The translations under genes and the position numbers were made by a program. A DNA stretch of 64,000 nt, taken from NCBI GenBank assembly GCA_963843795.1, contig CAWJLW010000006.1, forward strand, positions 3,422,375 to 3,486,374, in the 5' to 3' direction. Below, piece by piece: positions 60,444 to 64,000 of this stretch. The notes beneath the pieces were generated by a model. That model was not told where the DNA came from and searched no databases. It was given only the letters and a program-made list of their open reading frames with translations. This DNA is from an uncultured bacterium (GTDB lineage: Bacteria > Armatimonadota > Abditibacteriia > Abditibacteriales > Abditibacteriaceae). The first letter of the stretch is position 1. Every line of letters begins with the position of its first letter.

Positions 60444-61868
60444 TTACAAAATATAACGACTTAAATCTTCATTTTGGACTAATTCGTTCAAACGTCCGCG
60501 CACAAATTCAGCGTCGATAATTAAATTCGTCTGTCCGCAATCGGGCGCATCGAAAGCGATGGCTTCGAGCAGGCGTTCGACCATCGTGTGCAAACGGCGC
60601 GCTCCGATGTCTTCGGTGTTGTCGTTCACTTGGCGTGCCAAACGCGCGATTTCCGCGATGCCGTCTTCTTGCCACGTCAAATGCACATCGTCGGTGCCCA
60701 AAAGCGCGGCGTATTGTTTGAGTAAAGCGTGACGCGGTTCAGTAAGAATGCGCCGAAAATCATCTTCGGTCAGCGGTTCAAGTTCGACGCGAATTGGGAA
60801 GCGGCCTTGCAATTCGGGAATGAGATCGCTCGGCTTGGAAACATGAAAAGCGCCTGCCGCGATGAACAAAATGTGATCGGTGCGCACCATGCCGTGCTTG
60901 GTGTTGACGTTCGAACCTTCGACTAAAGGCAAAATATCGCGCTGCACGCCCTCGCGCGAAACTTGCGGACCACCACCTCCGCTGCCTTCGCGTCCGGCGA
61001 CTTTGTCGATTTCGTCGATAAACAAAATGCCGTTTTGCTCAACGCGTTCGATAGCTTGCGAAATCACTTCATCCCGGTCGATGAGCTTTTGGGCTTCTTG
61101 GTCTTTGATGATTTTTCGCGCTTCTTTAATTTTCACACGCCGCGTTTTGGTGTTGGCAGGGAACAGATTGCCGAGCATATTCTGCATATCGCCGCCCATT
61201 TCTTCGCCGCCGGGCGAAAAAAACATCGCGTTGTTGGAACGCTTTTCTTCGACTTCGATTTCGACTTCGGCGTTTTCCAGTTCGCCGCGTTCGAGCTTTT
61301 CCTTCATTCGACCGCGTAAACGCTCGGTTTGCTCGACTTGCGCTTGATACGACGAAGATTGCGCGCGTTGCGGCTCGTCATCAACGGTGCCGCCGAACAT
61401 CTGCGAAAACGGATTGGCGCCGCGAGGTTGCGGCGGTGTGGGTTTTTCAACCAGCAAATCCAATAAACGTTCACCCACGCGCTCTTGGGCGCGTTCCTGC
61501 ACGCTTTCCAATTGTTCTTTCTCGATCATCGAAATCGCGGCTTCAACTAGGTCGCGCACCATCGCGTCCACGTCGCGCCCGACGTAGCCGACTTCAGTGA
61601 ATTTCGTTGCCTCGACTTTGACAAATGGTGCACCGGCCAGAGTTGACAAGCGGCGCGCGATTTCGGTTTTGCCCACACCGGTTGGGCCGATCATCAGAAT
61701 GTTTTTCGGCACGACATCTTCGCGCATTTCGCCTTCCAAACGCTGACGCCGCACGCGATTTCGCAGCGCGACAGCGACGGCGCGTTTAGCGGCGTCTTGC
61801 CCGACGATGAATTTATCGAGTTCGGCCACGATCTGTCGCGGCGTCATGTTTTCCAGTTGCAATTGCAT
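60444..61868 (-). CDS. hslU: ATP-dependent protease ATPase subunit HslU
   Basis: [49 protein letters not shown]. Confidence 0.97.
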   Translation of the reverse strand: MQLQLENMTPRQIVAELDKFIVGQDAAKRAVAVALRNRVRRQRLEGEMREDVVPKNILMIGPTGVGKTEIARRLSTLAGAPFVKVEATKFTEVGYVGRDVDAMVRDLVEAAISMIEKEQLESVQERAQERVGERLLDLLVEKPTPPQPRGANPFSQMFGGTVDDEPQRAQSSSYQAQVEQTERLRGRMKEKLERGELENAEVEIEVEEKRSNNAMFFSPGGEEMGGDMQNMLGNLFPANTKTRRVKIKEARKIIKDQEAQKLIDRDEVISQAIERVEQNGILFIDEIDKVAGREGSGGGGPQVSREGVQRDILPLVEGSNVNTKHGMVRTDHILFIAAGAFHVSKPSDLIPELQGRFPIRVELEPLTEDDFRRILTEPRHALLKQYAALLGTDDVHLTWQEDGIAEIARLARQVNDNTEDIGARRLHTMVERLLEAIAFDAPDCGQTNLIIDAEFVRGRLNELVQNEDLSRYIL

Positions 61869-61893
61869 GATTTAAAGTGTATTCGATGGCGCT

Positions 61894-62433
61894 TTATTCA
61901 ACGGTTTCGACCGTAATGTTATCGTTGGTGTAAATACAAATCGAAGCCGCGATGCGCAGCGAATTTTCGGCGATGTCGCGCGCGCCCATTTCCGTATGAC
62001 GCATCAGAGCGGTCGCCGCAGCCTGCGCGAACGTGCCGCCGCTGCCGATGGCCGCGATACCTTCGTCGGGTTCGATCACGTCGCCGTTGCCCGACAAAAG
62101 AAACATTTCTTCCGCGTTGGCGACGATCATCAAGGCTTCCAAACGGCGTAGCGCGCGGTCGGTGCGCCAATCTTTGGTCAGTTCAACCGCAGCGCGGCGC
62201 AGTTGTCCGCGATGCTCGTCTAATTTCGATTCAAAGCGTTCAAACAGCGTGATTGCATCGGCAGCGCTGCCCGCGAAACCGGCGATGACCTGATTATTAC
62301 TGCCCAAACGCCGCACTTTTCGCGCGGAATTTTTCACGATGTGATTTTCGACGCTCACCTGTCCGTCGCCCGCAATGGCGGTTTTGCCATTGCGCCGCAC
62401 ACCGCAAATTGTTGTCGCATGAAATATCGTCAT
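61894..62433 (-). CDS. hslV: ATP-dependent protease subunit HslV
   Basis: [33 protein letters not shown]. Start trimmed to ATG 62433. Confidence 0.96.
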   Translation of the reverse strand: MTIFHATTICGVRRNGKTAIAGDGQVSVENHIVKNSARKVRRLGSNNQVIAGFAGSAADAITLFERFESKLDEHRGQLRRAAVELTKDWRTDRALRRLEALMIVANAEEMFLLSGNGDVIEPDEGIAAIGSGGTFAQAAATALMRHTEMGARDIAENSLRIAASICIYTNDNITVETVE

Positions 62434-62481
62434 AATTTTTAAGATTGAAATAAGGCGCTGCAAGTACTTGCGGAGCGAAAA

Positions 62482-63168
62482 CTATGTTTCGCTCGGGTTA
62501 GTTTTCTTGGCATCTTCGATTTCGCGTAGTCCGCTCAGCGCGCGTTGCAGCCACATGATGACCAGAAAACGCGCGACAATAGAGAACACCATCGAGCCGT
62601 CCCACGCGACGTTGCGGTGCATCAAGTTGATAATCAAATCGGCGACGGCGATGCCTAAACCCAATGATGCGCCCCACAATTTTTCTTTGTGCAATGCCCA
62701 CGCGGCCAGAAAGAAAATTGGGCCAGTGATGAGCGGGCGCGTGACGCCGCCTTGCGCGAACAAGCTGAGACCGAGAATTAAGTCACCAACGCCGACGATA
62801 ACTAAAAGCCACATCGCGTTGCGGATGTTTTCGCGCGCTGCGATAAAAGGTACCAGGGGCAACAAATGTCCGTCGTGCCACGCCACGATTTTATGCGACG
62901 GGCGCGCGGCCAGAATTGGCTTGACGTAATCTTCATCTGCGGCGGGCAACGGTTGTCCGGGCTTTAAATCGGCAGGAATGGATTGCACACGCAAAGTTGC
63001 GCCATCGGGCAGAACGCGTTCGGCACCGGTTTCGAGTTCGTCGCGTTTGCCGACATCACCCAATTGCTTGCGGTCGAGGGAAATGGCGAACGAGCCACCC
63101 ATCAGCTCCGACACAACCGTTAAACGCGGTTTGCCCGATTCGTCTATGGCGAAAAAAGTACGTTGCAT
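62482..63168 (-). CDS. Hypothetical membrane protein
   Basis: Soluble N-terminal half plus about four C-terminal hydrophobic helices; co-oriented with neighbours. Confidence 0.65.
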   Translation of the reverse strand: MQRTFFAIDESGKPRLTVVSELMGGSFAISLDRKQLGDVGKRDELETGAERVLPDGATLRVQSIPADLKPGQPLPAADEDYVKPILAARPSHKIVAWHDGHLLPLVPFIAARENIRNAMWLLVIVGVGDLILGLSLFAQGGVTRPLITGPIFFLAAWALHKEKLWGASLGLGIAVADLIINLMHRNVAWDGSMVFSIVARFLVIMWLQRALSGLREIEDAKKTNPSET

Positions 63169-63263
63169 CGTTGAAATGAAAACCGCCGACAATCAAATGC
63201 CCTGCAAGTACTTGCAGGGCATGATTTGCGTTTCCAGTTTAGCGCTTATTGTGCATCCGGCGT

Positions 63264-64000
63264 TTATTGCGAAGCCATCATTTGTTCAACGTCTTCGCGC
63301 GTCGGCATGGCGATTTGCGCCCCGTGTCGCGTCGCGGTTAGTGCCGCAGCCGCATTGGCAAAGCGCACGGCATCTTCCAATTGCTTGCCTTCGGCCAAAC
63401 CGCTGGCAATTGCGCCCGCGAAAGTGTCACCCGCCGAAGTGGTATCGACGGCTTTGATTTTAAAGCCTGGAACGCGCGTTGCGCCTTCTTGAGTGGCGAC
63501 CAAAGCGCCGTCTTTGCCCAGAGTGGTAATGACGTGTTTCACGCCCTGATCGAGCAAGGGACGGCAGGCATAAGCAACGGTTGAAGTGGCGACATCGGTC
63601 GCGCCGGTGAGAACGAGAATTTCGGTTTCGTTGGCAATCAAAATATCGGTGTATTCCAAAAGTTCGGCGGGGAGGGTGCGTGCGGGCGCGGGATTAAGAA
63701 TCACGCGCGTGTTGCTTTCGACCGCGATGCGGGCGGCGTGCAGCACGGTTTCCATTGGAATTTCGAGTTGTAAGATCATCGTCCGCGCGCTGTCGATGCA
63801 GGGGCGCGCTTTTTCGACATCTTCCGGACGCAAGTGCATGTTGGCGCCGGGAGCAACGACGATCTGGTTTTCACCATTATCATCAACGAAAATCAAAGCG
63901 ACGCCCGACGGCTCATTTTCATCCCGCAAAACGAATTGAGTGCCCAAGCCCACACGCGAAAAAGAGTTCATCGAAGCTTCGGCGAACACATCGTTGCCCA
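63264..64000 (-). CDS. rbsK: Ribokinase (5' end outside window)
   Basis: GENQIVVAPGAN, LQLEIP, LNPAPA, NETE, VDTTSAGDTF. Confidence 0.92.
   Translation of the reverse strand, partial: GNDVFAEASMNSFSRVGLGTQFVLRDENEPSGVALIFVDDNGENQIVVAPGANMHLRPEDVEKARPCIDSARTMILQLEIPMETVLHAARIAVESNTRVILNPAPARTLPAELLEYTDILIANETEILVLTGATDVATSTVAYACRPLLDQGVKHVITTLGKDGALVATQEGATRVPGFKIKAVDTTSAGDTFAGAIASGLAEGKQLEDAVRFANAAAALTATRHGAQIAMPTREDVEQMMASQ

Larger units (their letters stand above)
7091..63215. repeat. Dispersed 12-bp palindrome GCAAGTACTTGC (about 39 exact copies)
   Basis: Exact starts read by eye: 7091, 8321, 8333, 11064, 13717, 14824, 15083, 16544, 19333, 21738, 22982, 25399, 28220, 30459, 31815, 32881, 33616, 35865, 37550, 38549, 39219, 39364, 41488, 43111, 43216, 44760, 46089, 47344, 48132, 52120, 52725, 53847, 55836, 57295, 58523, 59422, 59483, 62460, 63204. 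Confidence 0.97.

Noticed and set aside
13789..62463. ORF-track N-termini such as MLQVLA, MASTC, MQDTF, MQKAS, MQHHF and MQRLI
   Set aside because: These are extensions starting at a TTG within or next to the palindrome; downstream ATGs fit the protein families better.
7091..63215. Palindrome copies as a CRISPR array
   Set aside because: Only 12-16 bp are conserved, spacing is irregular (0 to several kb), copies occur inside genes, and no cas genes are present.

Overview
Chromosomal, mostly housekeeping 64 kb window from a moderately GC-rich bacterium. The gene families present (DUF1559 pilin-like protein, GntR with a LacI-type sensor domain, CRTAC1/ASPIC-UnbV, DUF1592/DUF1552, DUF2298) suggest the Armatimonadota/Abditibacteriota neighbourhood; this is inference only. 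About 50 CDS can be supported, including clpC, rtcB, nnr, a nitrite/sulfite reductase, an Fe-S operon (mrp-nifS-iscA), rpmH-rnpA-yidD-yidC-jag, gmk, coaBC, degP, trxA, holB, hslUV and rbsK. I saw no rRNA, tRNA, CRISPR array or transposase. The dominant unexplained signal is a 12-bp perfect palindrome, GCAAGTACTTGC. By eye I counted about 39 exact copies plus about 14 near-copies, roughly one exact copy per 1.6 kb. It occupies many intergenic gaps as the invariant apex of hairpins whose arms differ from site to site, sometimes occurs as tandem doublets, and also lies inside genes in all three frames. Other notable items are a GxxExxY nuclease-like gene enclosed by 40-bp inverted repeats inside the Fe-S operon with an ORF-less relative nearby, a stand-alone CARF-like gene divergent from rtcB with a possible leader ORF, and three +1 frameshifts, one exactly inside the palindrome. 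All counts and coordinates were read manually and should be re-run computationally.
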